The position numbers were made by a program, and so were the translations under genes. Shown here piece by piece: positions 14,119 to 25,904 of a stretch of DNA of 64,000 nt. The notes below the pieces were generated by a model. That model saw nothing but the letters and a program-made list of their open reading frames with translations, searched no databases and had not been told where the DNA came from. Each line of letters opens with the position of its first letter. Position 1 is the stretch's first letter. Source of the DNA: Eledone cirrhosa (lineage: Eukaryota); the NCBI GenBank assembly GCA_964016885.1, contig OZ024745.1:133424001-133488000 (forward strand). Reading direction: 5' to 3'.

Positions 14119-14530
14119 GATATCTAATATTATTCACATACACACGCACACACTGGCATACACACATATGGGGGAATTAATATTTATATAAATATTTACC
14201 CGAAGCATTAATTCAAGCTGTTTTGACCATTCTGCTTCTGAAATGCAGGTCACAGCTAAAAATTAATAACCTTTCAATTAGATGACGTATTGGCCAGACG
14301 ACAGTCTCCCACCAACTATATTTAATAAAATCATATTAGCCACCCATGAAAATGTTCGTAAGAATTCGTTTTGGCGTCAGGATTAAGCTGGATTTAAATA
14401 GTTATAAATATTCAAATAAAGAGAATAGAAATTCTCTTTATATTCATTCAGAAGTGAAGTGTAAGTCAATAATTTCATTGTAACAAGAAACAAGACTGAA
14501 TGCTTTTTCATTAGCATTAATGTGTTGAAG

Positions 14531-14652
14531 GGCGGAGCATTGGCAGTATCGGTAGAGGGTCGGACGCCATTCTTTGACGCATGGAGTTATGGCCCTTGCC
14601 ATTTGGAGTTCAAATCCACCGAGGTTAACTTTGCCAAAAGTAGAAACAATTA
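14531..14652 (+). mobile_element. SINE family A, internally deleted
   Basis: Head and B-box joined directly to the tail through tttgcc microhomology; flanked by repeated ttaatgtgttgaagg. Confidence 0.8.
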
Positions 14653-15741
14653 ATGTGTTGAAGGAATAGAGACAGTTTTAAAACCGCATTACAGAATATA
14701 CAGAATACGATATACTTTGTTTCAACGTCAAACATATTTCCTTTCACATACAGCAGTCATGCTGGTAAAAAATCTTATACTGAACCGTAGTTTTTCTGAT
14801 GTGCCTCTCTCATGAGACACGCTTTAATTATCTTGATTCGGAGAGTCAGCAATGACTCCGGTTTCTTAAAGTCATAGACTCTTGGATGGGAATCCACATT
14901 TTGCAGGAAAAGCTGAAAGAAGCACGTGAAGCCCATCCAAACAATGTTATTTTCACAGTGTAATTGTGTACTTCATCTCCTTATGTACTTCGGCTGATAT
15001 AAGGAATATGGGGCAAAATATAGTCTACGTTTTGTTGTCCATTGCAAATTATAGAAATCTCTCTAAGAATATATTAAGGGTATGCGTGTCTGTAGAATGC
15101 TCAGCCACTTGCTAGTTAATTTTAAGAGCAGCCTGTTACATTGATTGTATCAAGTGGAACACGGCCGAATGGCTACATAATTACTCCTTAAAGATAATAT
15201 GTAATTCAGGTTTCTACTCAACAATCTTCTCTATTAGAAGGTATGAATTACAATGCCTTCCGGTTTACTCATCTGCAGGTTTCACTTTATTACATACAGA
15301 ATTTAACATTTTACCCTGTAGGAATCGACTCTTATAATTTACTGAGTAAACTGAATGAGACCTATACTTGGTGGAAAATTAATTCTCTAAACCCTGGCAG
15401 GTATTCTATTCGTAGGAAATAACAAATAGCCACAATGAATGTCATTGCAAGAAAGCAAATTTCCATGAATGCAATTGCATTAGAAATGATAAAATTAGAT
15501 ATTTGTTTTATATGGAATATAAAATTATATAAAAAATACTTTTGAGAATAAGCGCCACAGAAATGTTTTGCGCCAAAAGGAAAACATACATATTTTCGAA
15601 TGCTGGTTGATTCCACTAATAGTTCAATTCACATTTTTAATTGCAGAAACGTAATTCAAACTGAAAATTGAAGAGACAATAAATCAAGAATTTCATCAAC
15701 TACATAGTTATAACAAAATAGAAACATATTTTGCAAATTAA

Positions 15742-16535
15742 CATTAACCTATTCGATACAGTGTGTAGCTTGGAACACAGAAACTGGTTCCAAGTAGAGG
15801 CGCCACTTCTCTGGATTGACAGATCACAATTCAGATACGATTGGCATATGCCTAGAATGTATCAAGAAATAATTGCTCGACAGATTTTACGGTGAAAACC
15901 AACCGCCAGGAGATAGGGTTTTTTTTTTAAGGGACTGCCTTGTATGATCACAAACCTTAGCAGGTCTCTGCTCCAGAGTGAGACTCATGTCTGCCAGGTC
16001 CCCCACAGATCTCAACCAGATCCTAACATGTCTCCCTTGTGTTTTATGAGCTCAGCCTGCTTCCGGGCAAGGGAGGCCTTCATTAACGTATTCGATACAG
16101 TGTGTAGCCCGGAACACAGAAACTGGTTCCAAGTAGAGGCGCACTTCTCTGGATTGACAGATCACAATTTAGATACGATTGGCATATGCGTAGAATGTCT
16201 CAAGAAATAATTGCTCGACAGATTTTACGGTGAAACCCAACCGCCAGGAGATCAAAGGATAGAGCCCGAACAAGATCATGAATAACGTCCATGAACCCGT
16301 GGGGTAGCGCTTGGGAAGCCAGCCCGGATCAGTTGGAGACGGTTGCATGTGACAGGACTCGCTTGAAAAAGTGTTTAACGAACCTGCAGCCATGACCCTC
16401 TTAGGAATAATAGAAGAAGAAGAAGAAGAAGAAGAAGAAGAAGAAGAAGAAGAAGAAGAAGAAGAAGAAGAAGAAGAAGAAGAAGAAGAAGAAGAAGAAG
16501 AAGAAGAAGAAGCAGCAGCAGCAGCAGCAGAAGCA
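15742..16535 (+). mobile_element. RTE-like LINE 3' fragment with (GAA)n tail, interrupted by a 166-bp insert between about 173-bp direct repeats
   Basis: Decayed RTE thumb (QLRxxxHxxRM..ARQIL.KP); 15742-15914 repeated at 16081-16252; tail 16412-16512. Confidence 0.7.
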
Positions 16536-16867
16536 GCTATATTTCAAATACATTTTTACTACATTTTAACTTCCAAATTCTTTAAGGAAAATGTTTGATT
16601 TTATTTTTCTGTATTCCTTGAATTAAATATTAAAAGTTAAACTACTAAAACCTTCTTCGGACAGCTTTTATGGGCAATTCTCAAAATTTAAATTATAGAT
16701 TTTCTTGAATTTAGATATTTCAGTTCATATAAATGAATCAAACCGAATTCATATATCGTACATAATGTATATTACATTCACATGCATAAAACACAGTTGA
16801 ACTTATACACAGAAATTAAAATACACACATTCACGCGATCATGTATAACATATACTTACATGCCCTT

Positions 16868-17546
<679 letters not shown>

Positions 17547-17574
17547 TATATATATATATATATATTTGTTTTGC

Positions 17575-17675
17575 AATATATAAAAAATACAGAAACGAAA
17601 ACCAACCAAACAGTGAGTGTGTACTGTTATTATTTCTGGCAATATTATTACAACAATGTGACCCTCCCCAAGTTT

Positions 17676-17680
<5 letters not shown>
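17575..17680 (+). mobile_element. PLE pLTR family P1, extreme 3' fragment
   Basis: Matches 2765-2850 and 62895-62995. Confidence 0.75.
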
Positions 17681-17710
<30 letters not shown>

Positions 17711-18100
17711 CAATAGTAATATATGATAATATTAAATAAATTAATATTTATTTGTAATAATAGATTTGTTCCCTTGCGAAAACTGCAAAAATATATTTGT
17801 CATTAGCAGAGGCAGATACATAAGTTTCGTCGGTTTAGACACCTTCTCAATCAGTCCGCCCTTTTCTGATGCAGTAGCTATCAGCTATTCTCATAAAACA
17901 TTCGTCTATCACTCTACCTACAAACAGCTTCTCAACAAGATTATACTCTCTGCTACTTACTATAAGTACTCCATCACAATATTCAAACTGAGTTAGTGTT
18001 AAACCCAACTAAAGATACCAATCTGCTCTAACAGAATATACATAACTCGTTCCACGGAATCCATGTTCTGTACGCTAGGATATTATACTAGGTGTGTACT

Positions 18101-18140
<40 letters not shown>

Positions 18141-18863
18141 ATGTGTGTGTATGTGTATATGGATATATGTATGTGTGTGTATGTATTTATTTATATATGT
18201 GAGTATGTATGTATATATGTATGTATGCATGTATGTATTATGTATGTAAGCATGTATGTATGTGTGTATGGATGGATGGATGGATATATATATGTAAGTA
18301 TGTATGTATTTTGTATGTATGTATATATATATGTATATATGTATGTACAGGTGTGTGTAGGTATGTATGCATCTGTGTGTGTGTGATAGTGGCACAGAGA
18401 GAGAGAGAGAGTATAATACAACTGTTGGGATTTCTATAGAATTACATTGCGTAACAGTAATATACTTTTCTAACATTAAATTCGGTGAATATTGTTTCAC
18501 TTAACTCTTCAAAGCCGACATTAGTTTCATGAAATGCCATTAGATTTTAATACAATTAGTCTCTAAATAAATGCTACTATTTTATCTAAATTTTAATATA
18601 CTTATTATTCAAATTGGTGTAGACACAGAATTCCAATGCAGTTTTACTTTCAGACCTTCATAGGAGCATTAGATAAACAAATGTGCTTGTTATATGTCCT
18701 CAATCCAGATAAAAAATCGAAAATATTATCATAAATTGATAAAGAGGAATACAGAAACTATTTTTGTTGACGAAGAATGAAGATGAACTAATATATATCA
18801 GTAATATTAATCAATACTAATAGAAGGCGTATAAGGACACCCACACAAAGATCAATAAACATA

Positions 18864-19015
18864 TACGAGAGGCTACTGAAAAGTTTCTGAACTTCGGTGA
18901 CAGAACATACAGGAGGATCAGTTAGATGTGACTTTATTCAATATATTCCCTCTCAGATTCGTACACTTATTGCAGCGGGGCTTCAGCTTTTCTAAGCTCT
19001 GTAGAACTCCGAAGG
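18864..19015 (+). mobile_element. Tc1/mariner-like left end (TIR) fragment
   Basis: TA followed by cgagaggctactgaaaagtt, resembling mariner terminal repeats; no right TIR or transposase found. Confidence 0.5.
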
Positions 19016-19306
19016 CCTCTGTAGAAGTAATCAAGCTAAAACATGTTCACCCGTCCCGATCCCCACCCTCTCCTACCAGCAGAAAAGAAAAGATATAAAT
19101 ACTACTACATTAGGACAGCCAGCTTCCTGATGATTTCTCACGAATCAAACAGTTCTAGTCCTGTAGAAGCTTTTCTATATTCAAACATGTATACTCTGTA
19201 TTGAGTACCTTACTTACTGTGGTTACCCCCGATTCAACCCGGAACATCTTATATATATATATATACTGTAAATATACATATACACATATATGTATATATA
19301 TATATT

Positions 19307-19382
<76 letters not shown>

Positions 19383-19837
19383 CATAAATATATATATGCA
19401 GTTTTTTTTTCTTCAACACTGAAGGAAAAGTAGACCTACGCCCCTTGTAACAGATTAAAACTTAATCCTTTTATATACAAATGACAACAAACAAATAATA
19501 AGTTGTATCTCTTACTTTAGCAAAGACCGAAGGGACCCAAACCATGAGTTCGAGAAACAACATGAAGGATTTTTAACGAAAGGACAACTCATGAAATGTA
19601 TTTGAAAACGTAAGAGAAAGCAAGTGTCGTTAAACATCAATCTTTTTATGTATTGTACAGAGCTATTTTATTACATAGTAAACAACACAATATAATTATT
19701 TCATTACTGAAGGTTTCAAGAGACTAGATGAAACAATTGTTTTGTCTGAAGAACGAGCTGGATGTTTCTTGCAAGAATCATATAGTTTCTTGAAAACTTC
19801 TGTAATGAAATGATTATATTCGGTTGTTTATTATGTA

Positions 19838-19839
<2 letters not shown>

Positions 19840-19901
<62 letters not shown>

Positions 19902-19916
19902 GTAATAATAATAATA
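19840..19916. repeat. (AAT)n microsatellite, insertion site of the adjacent LINE
   Basis: Direct reading. Confidence 0.95.
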
Positions 19917-22900
19917 GGAGTGAAGAAATCACCGGAGGTGATGAAATCACCGGAGGTGATGAAATCACCGGTGGTGATGAAATCACCGGTGGTTATGTAA
20001 CCATACATTCACCAATCCTCGATAAGAGTGTTTAAATGTCGAACCTAAACAGTTCGAATAACGGTGAAGTGGAGACTGGAATGTCATGTGACAGACTCTC
20101 ACCCAGCAGGTGTTCCCTGGCTCAGCAGCAGGGACCTGGCTGTCAACCAAATACTACTGGTGTCGAAGGAAAAAGAAGAAGGAAAGGGACCAGAACCAAC
20201 TGGACGAAAGAATTGAATAGAACTGTTATGCAATGTTACCTGAAGAGTAACCCCAAGGAGAAAGGCTATAGGAAACGGATGCATAACATCTGGAACGAGA
20301 TTGGTCTATTTAAATTAGATGAACAAAATTGGCCGGGCAGGCTCGGGTAATAAGAACTAATGGGTGGATAAGCGAGCTGGAACTGGAACTGAGCAGAGAG
20401 ATTAGGTTGGAAATGGAGAGTGGAGTATGCCAGGCAAACGAGCCAGTGGGAAATGAAGGTGAAGAGGTTGAGAGAACGGAGGAACCATCAGAAGCAGACA
20501 GTGATCTGAATGCTGAAATAAATAATACCTGGAACAAAGATACGGCCATTGAGGAGATGAATGCTGAATGGGCTAGGACAAGATTTGGTTGATATCCTAA
20601 ACTTAGTGGTAGATGAATTGAACAATGATAGTGGGAAACCTATGAACCGAAGATTTGTAGACAGGAAAAAGTTAAAAGAAACAACAGCTAAGGTAAACAA
20701 AGTCATCCCATACCTTGAGGCGAGGAGCCTTCACCAGTGGAACAATATCCTCAAAGCAACAGCAAATGCGGTGAGGAAATTACTTGGCATAAAAGCGAGA
20801 GGAAACAACAAACAAAAAAGATCAGAACCTTGGTGGAAGAAACGACTGAATGGTCAAATCAGGGAAATGAGAAATGATATTGGAAAGCTTGAGTCCCTAC
20901 TGAATGGGACACTAAAAAACATAGACACTAAAAATAGACTGGAAATAAAGTACAAAACTAGGAGGAAAAAGCTAAATATTATCATAGAGGAACTGAAGGA
21001 ACGCATTATAGCAAATAGTGCAAAAATTAGGCGATACGAGAGCAGAGTCAGTCAGTATAGACAGAACAGCATGTTTGACAACAACCAGAAGATGCAGTTT
21101 GGACAGCTTGAAGGGAAAGAAAGAGGCAACGACTTGATCCCTGAGGCGGAACAAACTAAGACATTCTGGAGAGGAATATGGGAGCAGGATGTTAAACATA
21201 ATGACCAGGCAGTGTGTATTGAGACAGTACAAAAGGAGATTAGTGAACAGGCACACCAACAAACTGATTTGAGTATCACAGTTGAAACACTTAAGGGGGA
21301 GGCCAAAAAACTAACCAACTGGAAATCACCAGGCCCAGATGGTGTGCAGGGGTATTGGATTAAAAATATAACATCCCTCCACCCGAAACTGACAACCATG
21401 TTCAACGACTGATTGATGCCAGGTGAGGTATCAGAGTGGTTGACAAAAGGTACCACAGTTCTGGTAATGAAAGACCGAATCAAGGGTAATGATGTTACCA
21501 ACTATAGACCTAACACATGTCTGTCCGTAATGTGGAAATTGTTGACAAGAATTATGTCTGAGGAAATCTACCATGATCTCCACACAAACAACTTGTTACC
21601 GGACGAACAGAAAGGATGCCGAAAGAAGTCCCGTGGTGCAAAGGACCAGTTACTTATTGATAAGATGGTAATGAGGAATTGCAAGAGGAGACACACTGGT
21701 CTTGCCATGGGATGGATAGACTACAAAAAGGCATTTGACATGGTGCATCATTCTTGGATCACCAAAAGCCTAGAGATCTTCAAGGTGGCAGATAACATCA
21801 GACAGTCGTTGGGAAAAAGTATGAAGTCCTGGAAAACAGAGTTAACATCAACTGGAGAATCCTTGGGAGGCGTGAAAATCAAGAGAGGTATCTTCCAGGG
21901 AGATAGTCTGTCCCCTCTGTTGTTTGTCCTTGCCCCGATGCCCCTGACCATTATACTGCGAAAAGTGAGAGCAGGATACAGTTGGGAAAGGGAGAGCTTA
22001 CCATCAACCACCTCCTCTTCATGGACGATCTTAAGCTCTTAGGGAAGAGTGAGAAGGAGTTGGATGTGCTTGTTGACACTGTCCGTATTTTCAGCAATGA
22101 TATATGTATGCAATTTGGTATTAGTAAGTGTGGAGTCCTTGTGATGAGGGGTAAATTGAGCAGAAGCAACGGAATCCAGGTACCAACAGGTGAGATGATA
22201 AAGGAAATTGACACTGAAGAAGGATATAAGTATTTGGGTGTTCTGGAGGCTGATGACATCAAGAACAAAAACATGAAGGAATTGATAAGATCTGAATACA
22301 TTCGGAGAGTAAGGAGAGTATTAAAGTCACATCTGAACAGTAGGAATGCCTTAAGTGCAGTAAATTCCCGAGCAGTGTCTATTATTAGGTACAGTGCGGG
22401 AATTCTGAGATGGAATGTTGCTGAACAAAAAGAAATGGATAGGAAGACTAGGAAGCTATTGACTATCTACAACATGTTCCACAAGAGGAGTGATGTCGAT
22501 AGACTCTACTTAAGGAGATCTGAAGGTGGAAGAGGTCTTATCAGCATAGAGGACTGTGTTCAGATGGAGAAAAACAACCTATACAAATACGTGACCGGTA
22601 GTAAGGAGCCAATGCTCAGGATTGTACTGAAGGAGAGGACAATAGACCAGGGGATGTCCAAGGAGGAAATAACAACAAGGAGAAAGAGCAGCCTTCATGA
22701 AAAATCCCTTCATAGTACCTTCTTTGAGAAAACGGAATTCAGAGATCCACAGACATGGAACTGGTTGAAAAGAGGAGACCTTAAAAAGGCTACAGAAGGA
22801 ATGCTAATGGCTGCGCAAGAGCAGGCCCTCAAAACGAAGTGGCTGAAACACCGTATTTACAAGGTGGGGGCTAGCCCACTGTGCAGGATCTGTGTAGAGA

Positions 22901-23548
22901 GAGAGGAGATTGTGGCTCACAATGTATCCGAGTGTAAATACCTAGCCTTGACTCACTATAAAGGCTGGAGACATGATGGGCAGGGTGATCCACTGGCACC
23001 TATGCAAAGTAAACAATTTACCACATTCTGAGAAGTGGTATGAGCATAAGCCAGAGTCGGTGATAGAAAACGATCAGGTGAAGGTGCTGTGGGATTTTAG
23101 GATACAGACGGACAAGAAACTGGAACACAATAGACCTGACCTGGTGGTTTTGGACAAGGAAAAAAGATCGTGACTGATTGTGGATGTGGCCTGCCCATTC
23201 GACACGAGAGTGCAAGAGAAGGAGAGGGAGAAAATTAACCGATAGCAGGACTTAAAGTGGGTGGTAAAAAAAAACAAGCATTCATTTAGAACTGCCATGA
23301 AGTCAAAGTGGTCCCGATTGTCATAGGTGCACTAGGTACTATCTCAAGAAGTTTCTAGGGATAGTCAAAGAAAATTGGCCCCGCCCCGCTTTTTGGAACA
23401 CTTCAAAAGGCATGCTTGCTGGGAACAGCAAGAACCCTCCGATACGTCGTAAATATCTGAGGCTGCAGGTAGTGGCTTGATATTCACTTCAACAAACTTT
23501 CCAGTTAACTAACATCGATGAATGAGACTCAAAGAACAATAATAATAA
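19917..23548 (+). mobile_element. Full-length but decayed R4/Dong-clade non-LTR retrotransposon (RT plus restriction-like endonuclease)
   Basis: ORF pieces 20036-23460: WTKELNRTVMQCY N-terminus, KSPGPDG, GIFQGDSLSPLLF, HLLFMDDLKL, CRICxxxxExxxHxxxxC, RHD, RPDLVV, IVDVACP, VPIVIGALGT; several frameshifts and stops; (AAT)n on both sides. Confidence 0.93.
19919..20002 (+). repeat. 18-bp tandem repeat (4 full copies plus a partial) at the LINE 5' end
   Basis: ggtgatgaaatcaccgg(a/t); each unit folds as GGTGAT-GAA-ATCACC. Confidence 0.9.
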
Positions 23549-23614
23549 TTGTTTCTACTTTAGGCACAAGGCCAGAAATTTTTCAGTGCATTACTGGTAC
23601 TTTATTTTATCGAC
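23540..23614 (-). mobile_element. SINE family A 3' fragment, tail-to-tail with the Dong-like LINE
   Basis: aataattgtttctactttaggcacaaggcc...tactggtactttattttatcgac. Confidence 0.8.
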
Positions 23615-23625
23615 AATAATAATAA

Positions 23626-23656
<31 letters not shown>

Positions 23657-23661
23657 AATAA

Positions 23662-23692
<31 letters not shown>

Positions 23693-23759
23693 AAGAAGAA
23701 GAAGAAGAAGAAGAAGAAGCAGAAGAAGAAAAAGAAGAAGAATAATTTATATATGTATG

Positions 23760-23805
<46 letters not shown>

Positions 23806-23869
23806 TGTCTCGATGTGTGTGTGTATGTGTGTGTGTGTGTGTGTGTGTCTGTCTCAATGTGTGTGTGTA

Positions 23870-23900
<31 letters not shown>

Positions 23901-23950
23901 CTGTGTCTGTATCCGTCTGTGTGTGTGTGTGTGTTTGTGTGTGTTTGTAT
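23615..23950. repeat. (AAT)n, (GAA)n and (GT)n microsatellites
   Basis: Direct reading. Confidence 0.95.
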
Positions 23951-23967
23951 AAATGTATGTAGGTATG

Positions 23968-24587
23968 TCAGGTCACCAGTTGGTGCTACTGGTAACATGT
24001 ATCCCAGCACAACCCTCATGGTCGAGTCGTTGGCGACTTTAACTGGCAACCCCACCAAGATTTCTTGGTGAGGAGGGTGACTTTGGACATCCTGCAGGGC
24101 TAAAAACCAAAACCTGTCAAAGGGCAAAGGAGCTCTTAAGAGTCCATGGCCATCCAAAATAACCGGGAGAGATGACCCCTAAGCCTTTGTCAAGGCAGAA
24201 TTCTAGGAGAAGGAAAACTCTGATATAACACCTGCAACCCTGATAGTATCCAATGATGTTGACTTGTTCTTCTTTTTGGTAAATATCATCTTGGTTAAGA
24301 GAATGGGTCTGGCTTTGTACAGTGCCTTTGCTCACTATAAAAGCTTCACGGCACAGGCATTGCTTTATATCTGAAGATCACTCTGCACTTGTCGTCACAT
24401 GGTACCATTGGCCAGCACTATATGTCAATAATTGTCACAAGTGTAGTGTTTGTTCCAGAGTTTTCAAGTCACTGGCTGGACTAAAAAGTCACACTCGTTC
24501 AGTGCATCGGTAGGGGTTCTTCTACATGGATATAAAGTAGTGGCCGTACTCGAAAACGAGTTGGCAGCCACCATGTAGGTATGTATG
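23968..24587 (+). mobile_element. Internally deleted RTE-derived element (5' UTR joined to 3' C2H2 finger and tail)
   Basis: RTE 5' UTR motif ctaggagaaggaaaactctg at 24202-24222; CSVCSRVFKSLAGLKSHTRSVH*; ends ggcagccacc followed by ATGT-type repeats. Confidence 0.65.
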
Positions 24588-25872
24588 TTTGTGTGCCTTG
24601 TATTTCGCAATGGTGTTCTTCATGGCCTTCAAGGATTGTCAACACGATATCTATCTCAGATATCGTACTTCCTGCAAGCTGTTCAACCTGAGGTGTCTCA
24701 CTGCCAACGCTAAGGTACTAAGTACCTTAATCAGAGGATTTCTGTATGCAGATGATTGTGATCTCTTTGCACTCTCCCACAATGACATGCAACACCTTAT
24801 GGATTCTTTTTCCAATGTGTGCTGTGCTTTTGGACTGACAATCAGTCTGAAAAAGACTGTCGTCATGTACCAACCTGCTCCGGATAAAGTTTTCAATGAA
24901 TCCTCCTTATACTGAAGGCTTCTGACACATTTGTGTATTTGGAGAGTACTCTGAGTGTGGCCTGCTCTCTGGATGCAGAAGTTGGTCTGCGTGTTAGCAA
25001 AGTAAGTGAGTTATTTTGAAGGCTCAGCGACCGTCTTTGGTACAGGCGAGAAATCACAATGAAGACCAAGGTGAAAGAGCTTGCTGCATGTGTACTGTCA
25101 GCATTGTTGTATGCGTGTGAGACATGGCTTGCCTACAAATGACATATACAAAGACTGGAACGATTTCACCAGCAGTGTCTCAGAAAGATGCTCGGTATCA
25201 AGTGGCAGATACATGAAAGGGATGTTGAGATCCTTGAGAGAAGTGAGTGTCGGAGCATTGAGAGTATCATCCACCAACGGCGTTTCCGATGGACCGGACA
25301 CCTCTGAAGAATGGAGGATAATCGAATCCCAAAACAACTCTTGTATGGCGAGTTTTGTGAGAGTAAAAGACCACTTCACAAGCTAAAGCTCCGATTCAAG
25401 GATTGTGTAAAGGACTCATTAAAAAGAACTGGTTTGATTGTGGCTGACTGGGAGATAGAAGCTTTTGAAAGAGAAACATGGCGTGGAATGCTGAATGATG
25501 GGGTCCATAATTTTGAGGACAGACGCATAGAGTACGAGAAGATCAAATGAGATGTGCATAATCAATGCCCTGGTGTATCTCTCGAAACGATATGTGTCCC
25601 CATTGAATTGGTGCGCCGTGAGTATAGAAATATTTGCTTGAACAAATCTGGTCTCAGGAGCCACAGTCACAGCAATTTTCAAAGATAACCAGTGAAGTAT
25701 GACATCTACGGTATTATGAAGGATCACAAGCAAACTGATGCAATACCTCGAACCAGGGATATCCATAGTTGTCGTCAGTGTCGAAGATGTGCAAGTCTCT
25801 AGCAGGCTTGAAAACCATATCCGAGCGTCACACATCTGAATCTGACAAGCGATTGCAATACTCTTAGCAGAT
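24588..25872 (+). pseudogene. RTE/BovB-like LINE, 5'-truncated RT-thumb region with decayed C-terminal zinc fingers
   Basis: YLRYRT..LFNLRCL, FLYADDCDL, FGLTISLKKTVVMYQPAP, FVYLESTL, LLYACETW, RWTGH, MEDNRIPKQLLYGE, RFKDCVK; stops and frameshifts. Confidence 0.9.
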
Positions 25873-25904
25873 GTATCTATCTATCTACCCTCCCATCTAT
25901 CCCT

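Noticed and set aside
15362-15665. 84-aa hydrophobic minus-strand ORF with a nearby acceptor site
   Set aside because: All three frames after the acceptor hit stops before the ORF; non-ATG start; no recognisable homology
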